In this document: piece by piece, positions 11,233 to 21,221 of the stretch | Layout: each line of letters begins with the position of its first letter | Numbering within the stretch: the stretch's first letter is position 1 | Assembly (NCBI RefSeq): GCF_003044305.1 | Contig: NZ_PZOX01000005.1 | Coordinates: 259,493-323,492, forward strand | Origin: Vitiosangium sp. GDMCC 1.1324 | GTDB lineage: Bacteria > Myxococcota > Myxococcia > Myxococcales > Myxococcaceae | Direction: 5' to 3' | DNA length: 64,000 nucleotides | Program-made: the position numbers and the translations under genes | Notes under the pieces: model-generated | Told to the model about the DNA's origin: nothing | The model's database searches: none | Seen by the model: only the letters and a program-made list of their open reading frames with translations

Positions 11233-12134
11233 TTCCCCTCCACCTCGAGCCGCTTGCACACCGCCTCGCAGGCCGCGAGGACGCCCGCATGCAGCTCCGC
11301 GCCGGACAGCAGCTCCCGCTCCTCGACGCCCAGGCCCTCCACCACCGCGCCCCCAAGCACCAGTTCCTTCGCCGGGATGTCCCGGCCGCGCACCTTGCGC
11401 AGCAGGTCCGTCAGCGACACCCCACCGCCCTCTCCCACCTGGAAGGCGTGGAGGATGCGCGGGGCGGCCTCGTGGGTGATGCGGAAGACGGCGGACTCGG
11501 GGCTGAAGTCGAAGAGGAAGCGTCCCTGGTTGCCAGCGACGGGGCCGAGGGCGCACAGGGCGCGCAGGGCGGTGGCGGCCCGCGCCGGCACCCGGAGGGC
11601 CGAGGGCGTCAGCGCCATGCCATATTGGTAGCGCGTGGCGTGCATCTCCGTGCCGTAGGGGACGGGGTTGCTTCCCTTCTTCTGGGCGGAGGGAGTGGCC
11701 CCGGGGCTGGCGGCGTTGAAGGTGACATCGCCTGGCCAGGGGGTGAGGCTCACCGCGCGCGTCACCTCCAGCACGGCTCGGCGCACCTTGGCACCGCCCT
11801 TCTCGCCCTCCTGCTTGCCCGCCTCCGCGGCCATGAAGCCCAGCAGGTCGTCGTCGATGAAGGTGTCACCCTTCGCCTTGTCTCCCCAGGCCTTGAATTG
11901 GGGGTCCTTCCACTCGTTGAGGCGCTCAGCGTCGTCGAAGGTGCGGTTGCACGGCTCCTTCTCCGCCAGGAGCCGCCGGAGCGCGAAGCGGATGGCCTCG
12001 GCGGAGACGGTGGTGTGCACCTGGCCGTTCCACACCAGCTTCTGCAGGGTGGTGATGTTGCCCTCGGTGAGGCCCCGGTTGTTGGCGGCCGTCCCGTTGG
12101 CGGTGACGAAGGCAGCGAAGACATGAAGGCTCAT
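11229..12134 (-). CDS. cas7: Cas7 family backbone protein
   Basis: 301 aa. N-terminal NNRGLTEGN...VSAEAIRFALRR resembles the Cas7/CasC signature (NRDD.G.PK...SSQS.KRA.R). Lies between cas8 and cas5. Confidence 0.75.
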   Translation of the reverse strand: MSLHVFAAFVTANGTAANNRGLTEGNITTLQKLVWNGQVHTTVSAEAIRFALRRLLAEKEPCNRTFDDAERLNEWKDPQFKAWGDKAKGDTFIDDDLLGFMAAEAGKQEGEKGGAKVRRAVLEVTRAVSLTPWPGDVTFNAASPGATPSAQKKGSNPVPYGTEMHATRYQYGMALTPSALRVPARAATALRALCALGPVAGNQGRFLFDFSPESAVFRITHEAAPRILHAFQVGEGGGVSLTDLLRKVRGRDIPAKELVLGGAVVEGLGVEERELLSGAELHAGVLAACEAVCKRLEVEGK

Positions 12135-12167
12135 GGTGGGTGTCTCCTCGGAATGGGTACGGGGACT

Positions 12168-13820
12168 TCACTGGGCCTCGGACAGCGGACCCTCTTCGTC
12201 GGCGGCCTCGGGGGCTTCGATGCCCTGGCCCTGGTAGCTGGCCAGGGCCACGAGGGCGAGATCGCGCGCCGCCCGCCAGTGCTCCTGGCGCAGCAGGGGG
12301 AGGACTTGCTTCCAGCGCTCCTGGAGCGCGCGGTTGCCGCCCGCCCGGCTCCACAGGTCCGCCAGCGCGGCGCGCACCTGCTCGAAGGTTTTCGCCCCCG
12401 AGAAGGCCAGCCGCCAGCGGTCCCGCTCCGCGTTCCAACGGTTCTTCCGGGCCACGGGGTTGCCCCTGCTCTCCTCGGCGATGGCCCCGAAGCGCTGCCG
12501 GAGCGCCACGTGCACGCTCTCGACGAGGGTCTGCTCGGCGTCCTCCAGGTGCTTGAGCATGGCGATGAGTCCTTTCCGTTCCTCTGGGAAGAGCGCGCCG
12601 AGGTTGTCCTGGGCGCGGTAGTGGTGGATGAAGCGGCGCTTGTTGTCGAGGGTGACGGCGGCGGTGGCGAAGTCCTTGAACCAGGGCTGCCCGGCCGCGA
12701 GGTTCTCGGTGATGAAGGCGCGCAGCGCGCTGCTGGCCACGAAGAAGCCCGCAGGGCCCTGACTGGCGGAAGCCTTGCCCTTCCCTCCCTTGTCCTTGGG
12801 CAGGAGGACTCGCAGGCGGTTGGGCAGCTCGCGCGCGGCCGTCTCGTAGCGGTCGAGCACCGCCTCGGGAACGGTGCTGGAGTGGAGCACCCCGCTCCGG
12901 CTCTTCTGCTGGGAGGCCCAGGGCAGCGTGCGCAGGGTGAAGGCCTCGGCGGTGTCCAGCACCCGGTGCTGGCGCCGGCGGGATTCCATACGGAGCGCGA
13001 GTTGGACGGCGAGCACCGCGTCCGAGGCACCCGCCACGGAAGCCTCTTCCAGCCGTTGAGGCGTGAGGGAGGGGCGCAGCTCGGCGAAGCGGACCAGGTC
13101 CGACGGAGCGAGCGCCACCAGCGCCCCACCTCGGGCCTGGGGGACCTTGTAGGACAGGCACCCCACGGGCGCGAAGCAGGCACAGAGCGCCTCGGCGGCC
13201 GAGTACTCCATCTTCGTCACCCGGAGCCCGATGTGCCGCTCCGCCGCGCCCGGGTAGGCCCAGCCAGCGAGCGTGACGGTGCCCCGCGTGAGCGCCTCCA
13301 CCACGTCCTTCCACGCCCCCTGGTGGACGAAGCCCGAGTAGCCCTGCACCTCGAGCCGCAGCTCCCGCTCGTCCACCGAGAACGTGAGCACCTTCGGAAC
13401 GCCCTCCTTGGTGGTGGACTTGCCGTGCTGCAGGAAGGTGAGCTTGAGGGCGTCCTGGAGCGCCGCGGCCACTTCAGGGCGAGGCGGGGCTCCAGGCGCA
13501 TAGGCCCCGGGCAGGTCGATGACGCCCGGAGACTCGCGGATGCGGAAGGACTCGCGGAAGAGCACCTCGAGCGTCTCCGCGGGCGGTTTGCCTCCCCAGG
13601 ACAGGCGGATGGACGTGGGCTCCGCGGTCGCCGAGCCAGGCCCCAGCGGTACGGGCGCGGGCCATGTGGCGCCGGGTGTCTCCCGGAGCAGGAGCGAGCG
13701 GAGGGACGAGGCCAGGCCTCCAGCACCCGCACGCAACAGCGGCGTCATCCCCGGCGCATGGAGCCGCACCACCAACTCGGGGACGTCCATGACTGCCGGG
13801 CTCTTCACGGCTTTCGCCAT
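12168..13820 (-). CDS. cas8: Cascade large subunit (Cas8-like; Cas8u/Csb3/Csx17-type candidate)
   Basis: 550-aa protein encoded between cas3 and cas7 in a translationally coupled operon. No separate small-subunit gene follows. The family is assigned by position only. Confidence 0.55.
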   Translation of the reverse strand: MAKAVKSPAVMDVPELVVRLHAPGMTPLLRAGAGGLASSLRSLLLRETPGATWPAPVPLGPGSATAEPTSIRLSWGGKPPAETLEVLFRESFRIRESPGVIDLPGAYAPGAPPRPEVAAALQDALKLTFLQHGKSTTKEGVPKVLTFSVDERELRLEVQGYSGFVHQGAWKDVVEALTRGTVTLAGWAYPGAAERHIGLRVTKMEYSAAEALCACFAPVGCLSYKVPQARGGALVALAPSDLVRFAELRPSLTPQRLEEASVAGASDAVLAVQLALRMESRRRQHRVLDTAEAFTLRTLPWASQQKSRSGVLHSSTVPEAVLDRYETAARELPNRLRVLLPKDKGGKGKASASQGPAGFFVASSALRAFITENLAAGQPWFKDFATAAVTLDNKRRFIHHYRAQDNLGALFPEERKGLIAMLKHLEDAEQTLVESVHVALRQRFGAIAEESRGNPVARKNRWNAERDRWRLAFSGAKTFEQVRAALADLWSRAGGNRALQERWKQVLPLLRQEHWRAARDLALVALASYQGQGIEAPEAADEEGPLSEAQ

Positions 13821-16057
13821 CGCGCACCTCGCAGGGGGTCATAGGTGAGCACGTCACGAGGTGCCACCGGGTAGTGCTGGACGAGCTTCCAGGACTGCCA
13901 CCCACGAAGCCATGAGGGCGGCGGGTTCATGGGCAGGGCGGCCTCCTGGGCCTTCACCCTGCCCTGCTCGACGTCCTCCACGTCCTCCTCCCTCAGCACG
14001 GTGATGCCGGGGCTGGCCTCGCGGCAGGGAGCCGGCTCCGTGCAGAAGCGTTCATCGAGCCAGGTACTGGACGTGCGCGCGGCCCCTGTCGGTCCTGGCA
14101 GGGCCTCCCAGTCGTGGACGAGGTCGCGCTGCGACAGTTCTCTCCCACCGAGCCGCTCCAGCCACCCTTCCGCCTCGCGGAGCGCTGGCTGCTCGTAGGG
14201 CTTTCCCGTGAAGGGCAGCACGACGAAAGGACGGGGAGGAAGGGGGGCCTCGGGAGAGCTGCGGCGATTGAGGCGGCCCAGACGTTGGATGAGCGCCGGA
14301 ACGGGAGCCAGGTCCGTCACCAGCAGGTCCGCGGACAGGTCGAGACTCATCTCCGCCACCTGGGTGGTGCACGCGAGCACCGGTCCGTCCTGTTTGAAGC
14401 CCTTGATGACTTCGCCGTGTCGGTGGACCCGATCCACATAGCGGAACCGGCTGTGGTAGCGCATCGCGGGCAGGCCGCGCCGCTGGGCCTCGTCCGCGAC
14501 GTCGAGACACCGGTCGACGGTGTTGCTCACCCAGAGGACCTTTCCCCCCGAGGCGAGACACGCTTCCACCTCGCTCCAAGGAGTCTCGGGGTACACGCGG
14601 CGGTAGCGGGCCAGCCCTTCCAAATCGGCGGGGCCATCCAACTCCTTCAGTTCCACGCCATGCACGCGCTGGCACAGTGCACGCAACGCCAGCAGCCGGG
14701 GTTGGGGAAGGCTGGCCGTCATCAACAGCACGGGGAGGCCCGGCAGCGCCTCGAGGAAGCGCAGGAGGCTGCCGAAGAGCTCGGCGTCGTACGCGTGGAT
14801 TTCGTCGAAGACGACGCAGGAGTCACATAGCGCAGGCCACGCATACAGCCCCTTGCGCTGGTTCTGCACCAGCCCCAGCACCGTGTCCACGGTACAGGTG
14901 ATGACGTCACAGCCCCAGGCTCGTATAGCATCGAGCCTGTCCTGGTCACGCGAGGGCTCTCCGTCTCGCTGGAGGCCAAGAATATCGAGGTCCACCGCCG
15001 CGCGCCCGTGCTCCAAACGGCCCGAGACGTCGGCTCCGTGGACGTAGTCACGGAAGCCCTCCGTGGCCGTGCCGGTGGTTGGGTAGGTGAGCCAGAGCTG
15101 GCGTCCGGGGTGTTGGCGGGCGGCCCATGCGTATGCGGCCACCGTCTTGCTACTGCCACAACCCGCGCGCGCCAGGGTGAGGGGAGCCCGGCTGTGTGCG
15201 ACGGCCTCCTGGAAGGGGCGGAGCGAGCGGCCACCGAGACGCCGCTCCACGACGGACAGCATCTCCTCCGTGGAAGCCCGCTGCGCGAGCTGGGCGCCAA
15301 TCCAAGCGCGCCTCTCGCCACTCCGGGGCAGTGCGGAGCCCGCGACGTCGGCGGCCAGGACGAGGGCCTTGGCCACCGCGAGGAGCCGCGCGTCCGGAGA
15401 GCCGGCCGGCACCTGCCGCTCGAACGCCTCCTGCCACGCCGAGAATTGCTCACGCGGATGGCTCCGCCAGGAGACCGACAGACGGTGGGCGGAGGAAAAG
15501 GCTGGAGGCGCTGGCAGGCCCAGCTTCGTCGCGATGAGTTCCAACGTACGGTGGAAGTCCTCATGCTGGGTGAGCAGCTCGATGGACGAGCCGGCGCCGG
15601 AGTCTTCCGGTGCCACCGCCGACGCCCAGAATTTGCGGTGATGGGCCGCGGCGCAGACGAGCGCGAGGCAGAGGTCCCGCTCCCCGTTCACGGCTCCGCT
15701 CAGCCAGGAGGCGAGTGGCTGGCCGGGCCAGCATAGCCAGAGAGAGAGCGCCTCATGGCGCAGGAGCTGGGGCGCCTTCCTGACGTTGCGCACCATGGCC
15801 TGGAAGTGGTCGCTGCACTTGCCCAGGTCGTGGACGGCGGCTCCCAGCAGGACGAGCCCGCGCAGCCGCTCCACGGCCCCCCCGTCCAGGCCCGCAGCCC
15901 GGAGTGAGGCAAGCCCCCTGTGCTCGAGCAACTCTTCCGCCGAGGCCAGCACCATGGCGGTATGTCCACGCAAGGTGGCGGCCCCCTCGGGACGCTCGGG
16001 CGTCTGGGTGGCCTTGGCCAGCAGGTGCTTCACCCCCTCAGCGTGCCGGACGTGCAT
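13805..16057 (-). CDS. cas3: Cas3 HD nuclease / SF2 helicase (HD domain N-terminal)
   Basis: The H...HDLGKCSDHFQ HD motif lies near the N-terminus. Helicase motifs AGCGSSKT (Walker A-like) and VVFDEIHAYD (DExH) follow. Probable start is the ATG at 16057 (MHVRHAEGVKHLLAKA). The upstream 62 codons of the ORF are GC-rich read-through. Confidence 0.9.
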   Translation of the reverse strand: MHVRHAEGVKHLLAKATQTPERPEGAATLRGHTAMVLASAEELLEHRGLASLRAAGLDGGAVERLRGLVLLGAAVHDLGKCSDHFQAMVRNVRKAPQLLRHEALSLWLCWPGQPLASWLSGAVNGERDLCLALVCAAAHHRKFWASAVAPEDSGAGSSIELLTQHEDFHRTLELIATKLGLPAPPAFSSAHRLSVSWRSHPREQFSAWQEAFERQVPAGSPDARLLAVAKALVLAADVAGSALPRSGERRAWIGAQLAQRASTEEMLSVVERRLGGRSLRPFQEAVAHSRAPLTLARAGCGSSKTVAAYAWAARQHPGRQLWLTYPTTGTATEGFRDYVHGADVSGRLEHGRAAVDLDILGLQRDGEPSRDQDRLDAIRAWGCDVITCTVDTVLGLVQNQRKGLYAWPALCDSCVVFDEIHAYDAELFGSLLRFLEALPGLPVLLMTASLPQPRLLALRALCQRVHGVELKELDGPADLEGLARYRRVYPETPWSEVEACLASGGKVLWVSNTVDRCLDVADEAQRRGLPAMRYHSRFRYVDRVHRHGEVIKGFKQDGPVLACTTQVAEMSLDLSADLLVTDLAPVPALIQRLGRLNRRSSPEAPLPPRPFVVLPFTGKPYEQPALREAEGWLERLGGRELSQRDLVHDWEALPGPTGAARTSSTWLDERFCTEPAPCREASPGITVLREEDVEDVEQGRVKAQEAALPMNPPPSWLRGWQSWKLVQHYPVAPRDVLTYDPLRGARWRKP

Positions 16058-16667
16058 GGCGTGGCTCTTCCGCGACGTCGGCGCGAGTCGGAAGGAACAG
16101 GCCACACCCCATGTGTCGCCGCCCGCCCAATCCCTTCTCCTGGAGCATGACGGACGCTTCGGGCGACAGGTCCGACAGCTCGAGGCCGAAGCCCACCACC
16201 TTCTTGCCGGCGATGGTGACGATGCGTCGGCGCCCCACCTCAAGGGTGCACGGTGCGCCTGTCAATTCCTCGATGAACCGGAGAGCCGTGGCGCGAAAGC
16301 TCTGCTCGTCCAGCGAGTGCTTGAAGGTCACAAGCCTCGCGCTGAGCCGGGGCACCTGCTCCATGGCACGGACCGTGGGCGCGCCAATCGTCACGCTCCG
16401 GCCCACCAATTCGAGGCGCCCTCCCGCCAAGCCCAGGAAGAGAGGAATCGTCTCCGCCGGGCAGCGGATGCGGAGCGAGCCATGCCCCAGGTGGAGCGAC
16501 TCGCCTGTCGAACCGTCACCCCGCAGGTTGAAGACACCCACGTGCGGGTGCTCATGCAACTCGGGAATCCGAGCCGATAGGGCGGAGAAGAGCAGGTAAC
16601 CGTGGTCGAGCGGCACGGGTCCTCCTCGTGCCGGAAAAACGAGATCAACCGTAGGCATCGTCCCCCC
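16038..16667 (-). CDS. cas6: Cas6 endoribonuclease (Cas6e-like glycine-rich loop)
   Basis: C-terminal GLGGRRHMGCGLFLP matches the Cas6e G-x-G...MGCGL crRNA-binding loop. Start ATG at 16667 (MPTVDLVFPARGG) is preceded by a G-rich RBS; an alternative start lies at 16691. The 3-prime end overlaps the cas3 start. Confidence 0.75.
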   Translation of the reverse strand, partial: GGTMPTVDLVFPARGGPVPLDHGYLLFSALSARIPELHEHPHVGVFNLRGDGSTGESLHLGHGSLRIRCPAETIPLFLGLAGGRLELVGRSVTIGAPTVRAMEQVPRLSARLVTFKHSLDEQSFRATALRFIEELTGAPCTLEVGRRRIVTIAGKKVVGFGLELSDLSPEASVMLQEKGLGGRRHMGCGLFLPTRADVAEEPRHARPAR

Positions 16668-17015
16668 TACTCCAGCAGTTACGAGGCCCATGCTACCCGA
16701 ACGTCTCGCGATGTCGGCGAGAAAAAACGCCATTCCATGGCCCGTGCGCAAGAGGCGTTGAACAACCCGTCACGGGAGCGGCCCACACATGGCGAGGAGA
16801 AACGCACCCGGTGCAGAGAAACCTTCCACAGGCGGAGAAACAGGGCCCGGGCCCGCTCTCACCCGGCCGCGCCGCTTGCCAAGCAAGCAGACGCTGGACG
16901 ACTTGGGGAGGCTGGCGCGGCATGGGTGCTACGGTGCGCCGCGCAACGCCGGGCGTGCCTTCCGGGGGAACACCGCCACAGGCTGATTGAGACTCGAGCC
17001 CACTGAGACGCAACC

Positions 17016-18353
17016 GTGAAGCTGTCCCTCCCGCCCCTCCTGCTGCTCCTCACCCTCCTCAACACCTCCGCCCTGGCGGCCCCGGGCCATGGCGCACCTC
17101 CGGAAAGCCCCTCCCTCTCCGCCCCCTTCGCCTCCGTGGCGGAGCGCCACGGTGGGCGTGAGCTCGCCATGGCCCCCGTGGAACAGTTCGCTGTGGACGG
17201 ACACACGCTCTCTCGCCAGCTCGCGAAACTCACGGGTGTAGCCATCTCGCCCCTGCTGGGTATGGGCCTGTTGGGTGCCAGCGCGTACTTCCAGGCGCCA
17301 GCGGAGACGCGCGCGGGCCTGCCCTGGCACCTCCAGCCGTGGGCATGGGGCCCCGCACTGCTGCTGGTGCTATGCGTGGCGTTGAAGGACTCCCTCCTTG
17401 CCCTCCCCGGCCTGGGCGTCCTCAAGAAGCCGCTGGATGCGGCTGAGGTGGTAGAGAACAAGGTGAGCGGCGCGGTGGCCATGCCGCTCGTCACGAAGGG
17501 CACCGCCGCGGCGCTCACGCTGCCCCTGGCGGGCGCTGTGGCGGGGGTGGCGCAGCTCATCCTCCCCACGGCTCATGCGGCAGGCCCAGCGGGTGCGGCA
17601 CTCGGCGGGATTGTGACGGCGGCCTTCTACGGGGTTGCCCTGGTGCTGGCGGCGGGGGCCTTCGCACTGGTGTGGCTGACAAGCCACGCCGTCAACGTGC
17701 TCGTCCTCCTCAGCCCCTTAGCCTTGGTGGGGACAGCCCTCAAGCTGGCCCGGCTCGTTCTCCTCGGCTTCCCCGTGCTGTGCGCTGCCATCAGCCCCAC
17801 GCTGGGGCTGCTCGTGTGTGCGGCGTACCTCGCCCTGGCGTGGTGGCTCGCGGGCTGGGCCTTCCGGCTGCTGGTGTTCGGGGGGGTGTTCTCCGTGGAC
17901 TTCCTGCTGCTGCGCTGGCGCCGACAAAAGGTAGACGCTCCCACCGTACGCGCCTTCGCGGCGGAGTTGGAGGGCGTGCCGGCGCGCACCTACGGGACTC
18001 TCACGCGCACGGAGGCCGGGGCGGTGGACTTCACCTTCCGCCCCTGGCTTGTGCTGCCCGCGCGCACGGTGCGGGTGGCCGGGAGTGTAGTGGGCCTGGA
18101 GGTAGAGAAGGGGCTCATCAGCCCCATGGTGGTTCTGGTGGAGCCCTCCCGCCAGGTGCGCGCCCTCATCCGGCTACCTCCGCGGTACCGCAAGCTCGAG
18201 TTCGCCGTCGCTGGGGTCTTCGGGGCACTCCCCTTACATGAGGCCGCCCTGGTGCGAGGCCTCGTCGGTGGTTGGCAGTGGCTCAAGTCGCAGTTCAGCC
18301 GCACGCGGCGACGCGGACGCGAGGTGCGGCTCTCGCAGAGCGCGGCGTCATGA
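17016..18353 (+). CDS. Integral membrane protein with signal peptide (hypothetical)
   Basis: N-terminal MKLSLPPLLLLLTLLNTSALAAP signal, then multiple hydrophobic Ala/Leu-rich helices. High-GC codon usage; divergent from the cas operon. Confidence 0.6.
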   Translation: MKLSLPPLLLLLTLLNTSALAAPGHGAPPESPSLSAPFASVAERHGGRELAMAPVEQFAVDGHTLSRQLAKLTGVAISPLLGMGLLGASAYFQAPAETRAGLPWHLQPWAWGPALLLVLCVALKDSLLALPGLGVLKKPLDAAEVVENKVSGAVAMPLVTKGTAAALTLPLAGAVAGVAQLILPTAHAAGPAGAALGGIVTAAFYGVALVLAAGAFALVWLTSHAVNVLVLLSPLALVGTALKLARLVLLGFPVLCAAISPTLGLLVCAAYLALAWWLAGWAFRLLVFGGVFSVDFLLLRWRRQKVDAPTVRAFAAELEGVPARTYGTLTRTEAGAVDFTFRPWLVLPARTVRVAGSVVGLEVEKGLISPMVVLVEPSRQVRALIRLPPRYRKLEFAVAGVFGALPLHEAALVRGLVGGWQWLKSQFSRTRRRGREVRLSQSAAS

Positions 18354-19345
18354 GCGCAAGGTGTGCCGGTGGCACCCCGACCACTCTCAAACGGTGACGG
18401 GTTGCGCCGAACAGGCGACCACGACACGGCCCTTTCATCCCCCCTGAAACGAGGTCGGCATGGCTTCACGACCCTGCCCGGCCCAATGGCGGAGCGGTTG
18501 CGGAGCCACGGCTGGCCACATCGCAGACTGGGGCGAGACGCCTATTTTCCTGCCAGATGGCTACACAGGCTGCCAACAGGGGGGACAGAGAGGGGTTTTG
18601 CAGCCAGCACAGTAGCCATCTGGCAGAGTTGCGAGGGGGATTTCCCGAGCAACTTAACGCGGTTACCGTCCTCAGACGGTTCCGCGGCTTGAGCGCCACC
18701 ACGGAACCGTTCACGGGGCCGCGCAGGGCGCGATGGAAAACCGTGTTTTCCGAAACATGTGCGCGGAGATTCCGTAGGGATTCCGAGCACTTCGGCGCCT
18801 TCGGCGGTTCCTACGCCGATACGTCGCGGGAACAGGCCCGTTCTTAGGGCACTCCCGGGACTAACATGGCGGCACCACGAGCGGCGCGAAGACCACGAAC
18901 AGGGCGCGGCAGGCCCCTGCCGCGGGCTATATGCAATCCATCGACATGAAGGCTGCTGTTCGCGCCACACGACCGCGCCGGAGCAATTCCACGCATCCCA
19001 CTTACGCACACCGAACACCAGAAGCAAACGTCAAGCACTCTCCCCACCCTTGCCGGGCAATCGAGACACCCACCTCCCCGCGTCCCGATCGGCACCGTGA
19101 TGTGTCGCCCTCGCCACCATGTTGGAAATTGTGGCGAGGGGCCCGGCCCTCCCCAAAGCAACCCGAGTCGCTCCGCGCCGCTGTGTTTCGCAGGTCAGCC
19201 TTGACCGCATGAAATACGCAGAAGGCCACCCTTCGCCCCATCCTTCCTCAAGGGTCGCCCCCTCCGACCATCACCTGAGAGCAGGCTGTAACAGACCGCA
19301 CCGCTCCCGCATCAGACCTCGCAGTTTACCGAGGCCCGCTTTCAC

Positions 19346-20440
19346 TCATGCCGTGCCCACATTGAGCACCTCTGTCAGGCCCCGAAGCGCCTCGAGCAGA
19401 GTCCGCCTCTCCTCCGGAGAGAGCTTTGTGATCTTCGTCTTGTCGACGACAAGCTGCTCCTCGTCGTTGTGATAGGCTGAGCCCCGAAGGAGTCTCTGAA
19501 CAGGGCTCTCCGGGGTTCGTGCCTTCACCCCCTCCACCTCCATCCTCTGCTTCTTCTCACCCCCCGCACGAATCCGCCGCACAAGTTCCTTGACCTCGCG
19601 GAAGGTCATTCCTTCCGCAACTACCCTCTCAAAGTGCTGGCGGAAAACCTTGTCCGCCGCCCTGGGCTTCTGCCGCTGGAGAAACTTGTGCAGCTTCACC
19701 AACTCCAGCGCAGCGAACGTGTCCGTCATGCTCTTGGTGACAAGGACAGGCTTGCTGACCTTCCTCTTGCTTCCATCCTCCTGAATCTCCTCCTCCTCGC
19801 GCATTACAGGGTTGTTTTCGGCATCGAGTTTGGGGACTCGCACTCCCTCGGTGAAAGCCCGCTTCACCACGTCCGGGGCCCGTGCCAGGGTGAGGCACCG
19901 CTCAATGTGGTCCTCACTCTCGCCGGTGCTCCGAACAATATCGGCCTTGCTCTCGCCATAGAGTTCAATCAACTCCAGGTACTTCTCTCCCTCCTCCAAC
20001 GCATCGAGATTCTCGCGGTTGTTCTCGGCCAACCCGTCATAGATGCGCTGCTTGACGCTCCGCTCGTCTCCCTCCTCCAGCGTGCCAGGGATCGTGCGGA
20101 AGCGCGCGTCTTCCCGGGCAAGCACCTTGAACACCTCAAGGCGGCGTCCTCCCCACCGAAGAAAGAAACGCTCCGGGTTATCTGGGTTGCGTCGCAAGCC
20201 GACCGCCTGGAGCAACCCATTCGCCTTGATGTTGTCCCGGAGCCGGATGAACGACGGCGCATCCGTGCGAATCGCCCGGCGCGGCTGCTCCGGGCTTGGA
20301 TCAATCAATTCCACCGGAACCCGTAGAATGGCATTGGCGAGGACCTCGACCCCGCCCGGCAGCGGAGCGGCCGCCGTCTTCTGTCCAATGAGCTCCCGAA
20401 TATTGCCACCACTACCACTCCGTGATTCAGCCCTCGACAC
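19346..20440 (-). CDS. parB: ParB/Srx-domain partition protein
   Basis: IDPSPEQPRR...LRDNIKANGLLQAVGLRR...GGRRLEV matches the ParB N-terminal box (GERRxRA). The gene overlaps parA by 14 nt. Confidence 0.8.
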   Translation of the reverse strand: MSRAESRSGSGGNIRELIGQKTAAAPLPGGVEVLANAILRVPVELIDPSPEQPRRAIRTDAPSFIRLRDNIKANGLLQAVGLRRNPDNPERFFLRWGGRRLEVFKVLAREDARFRTIPGTLEEGDERSVKQRIYDGLAENNRENLDALEEGEKYLELIELYGESKADIVRSTGESEDHIERCLTLARAPDVVKRAFTEGVRVPKLDAENNPVMREEEEIQEDGSKRKVSKPVLVTKSMTDTFAALELVKLHKFLQRQKPRAADKVFRQHFERVVAEGMTFREVKELVRRIRAGGEKKQRMEVEGVKARTPESPVQRLLRGSAYHNDEEQLVVDKTKITKLSPEERRTLLEALRGLTEVLNVGTA

Positions 20441-21221
20441 GACGAATTACCTCCTCGGTAAAGCTGCTGTACTCCCTGGCGCCCGGATCCGATGGCGCCG
20501 CCACGATGATAGGTTTGCCGTACCCATGGGCGTCCGCAATGGACTGTCGCCGGGACACCCGGGTGGCGAAGACAGCTTCCTCCCCGAACAACTTTCCCAG
20601 CAGGCCCACCGTCTCATGTGGTGTCTTCGCCCGCGAGTTGAAGAAGGTTGGAAGCACTCCCAGCAGCCGCAGCTCCGGCTGTGTGAGGCGCTGAAGACCC
20701 CGGATGCTGTCATGAAAATCCATGGTCATCGGAACATTCCCAATGTCGGCCTGGACGGGCGCGATGATGTTGGGGGCAGCCAGTAGCGCCATGATGAGGA
20801 GCCGGTTCAGGGTGGGCTGTGTGTCGATGATGACGTAGTCGTACTCCATCTCGACGCGCGCCAGGGACTCCGCGAGGAGCCGCACTCCGCCATCTGCTGC
20901 GCTCAAGTCCTTCTTGGACAAGTCATCAGCGAGGTAGGCCAGCCTCTTGGTGGCGGGTAGGAGGTCCAGGCCAGCTAGAAGATGCTTACGCTGGGGCGCG
21001 AAGGGTTTCCCCAGGAGCAGATCCGTAGTGCTGTAGATTTGCTCCCTCTCCTCGCGCACGGCCACAGCAAGCCCAAAGAAGATGGACGCGCCAGCGGAGG
21101 GGTCCATATCCAGCAGCAGGACCTTCCGGCCCCGCTGCGCGAGGCCCGCGGCCAGATTGATGGAGGTGGTTGATTTGGCAACGCCGCCCTTGTTGTTGGC
21201 GACACAGATTCTATTAGCCAT
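20427..21221 (-). CDS. parA: ParA/MinD-family partition ATPase
   Basis: MANRICVANNKGGVAKSTTSINLAAGLA carries the deviant Walker A. Internal ATG at 21221; the listed 421-aa ORF has a spurious N-terminal extension. Confidence 0.9.
   Translation of the reverse strand: MANRICVANNKGGVAKSTTSINLAAGLAQRGRKVLLLDMDPSAGASIFFGLAVAVREEREQIYSTTDLLLGKPFAPQRKHLLAGLDLLPATKRLAYLADDLSKKDLSAADGGVRLLAESLARVEMEYDYVIIDTQPTLNRLLIMALLAAPNIIAPVQADIGNVPMTMDFHDSIRGLQRLTQPELRLLGVLPTFFNSRAKTPHETVGLLGKLFGEEAVFATRVSRRQSIADAHGYGKPIIVAAPSDPGAREYSSFTEEVIRRVEG

Noticed and set aside
13805-16243. Cas3 starting at 16243 (812 aa)
   Set aside because: The first 62 codons are Arg/Ser/Trp-rich with no HD motif and overlap the cas6 3-prime end. 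ATG 16057 immediately precedes the conserved N-terminal HD region.
8538-16667. Calling the system canonical type I-E because Cas6, Cas5 and Cas7 resemble CasE, CasD and CasC
   Set aside because: A Cas4 domain fused to Cas1, the absence of cse2, and cas6 placed upstream of cas3 are incompatible with I-E. It is left as an I-U/I-G-like variant pending profile searches.
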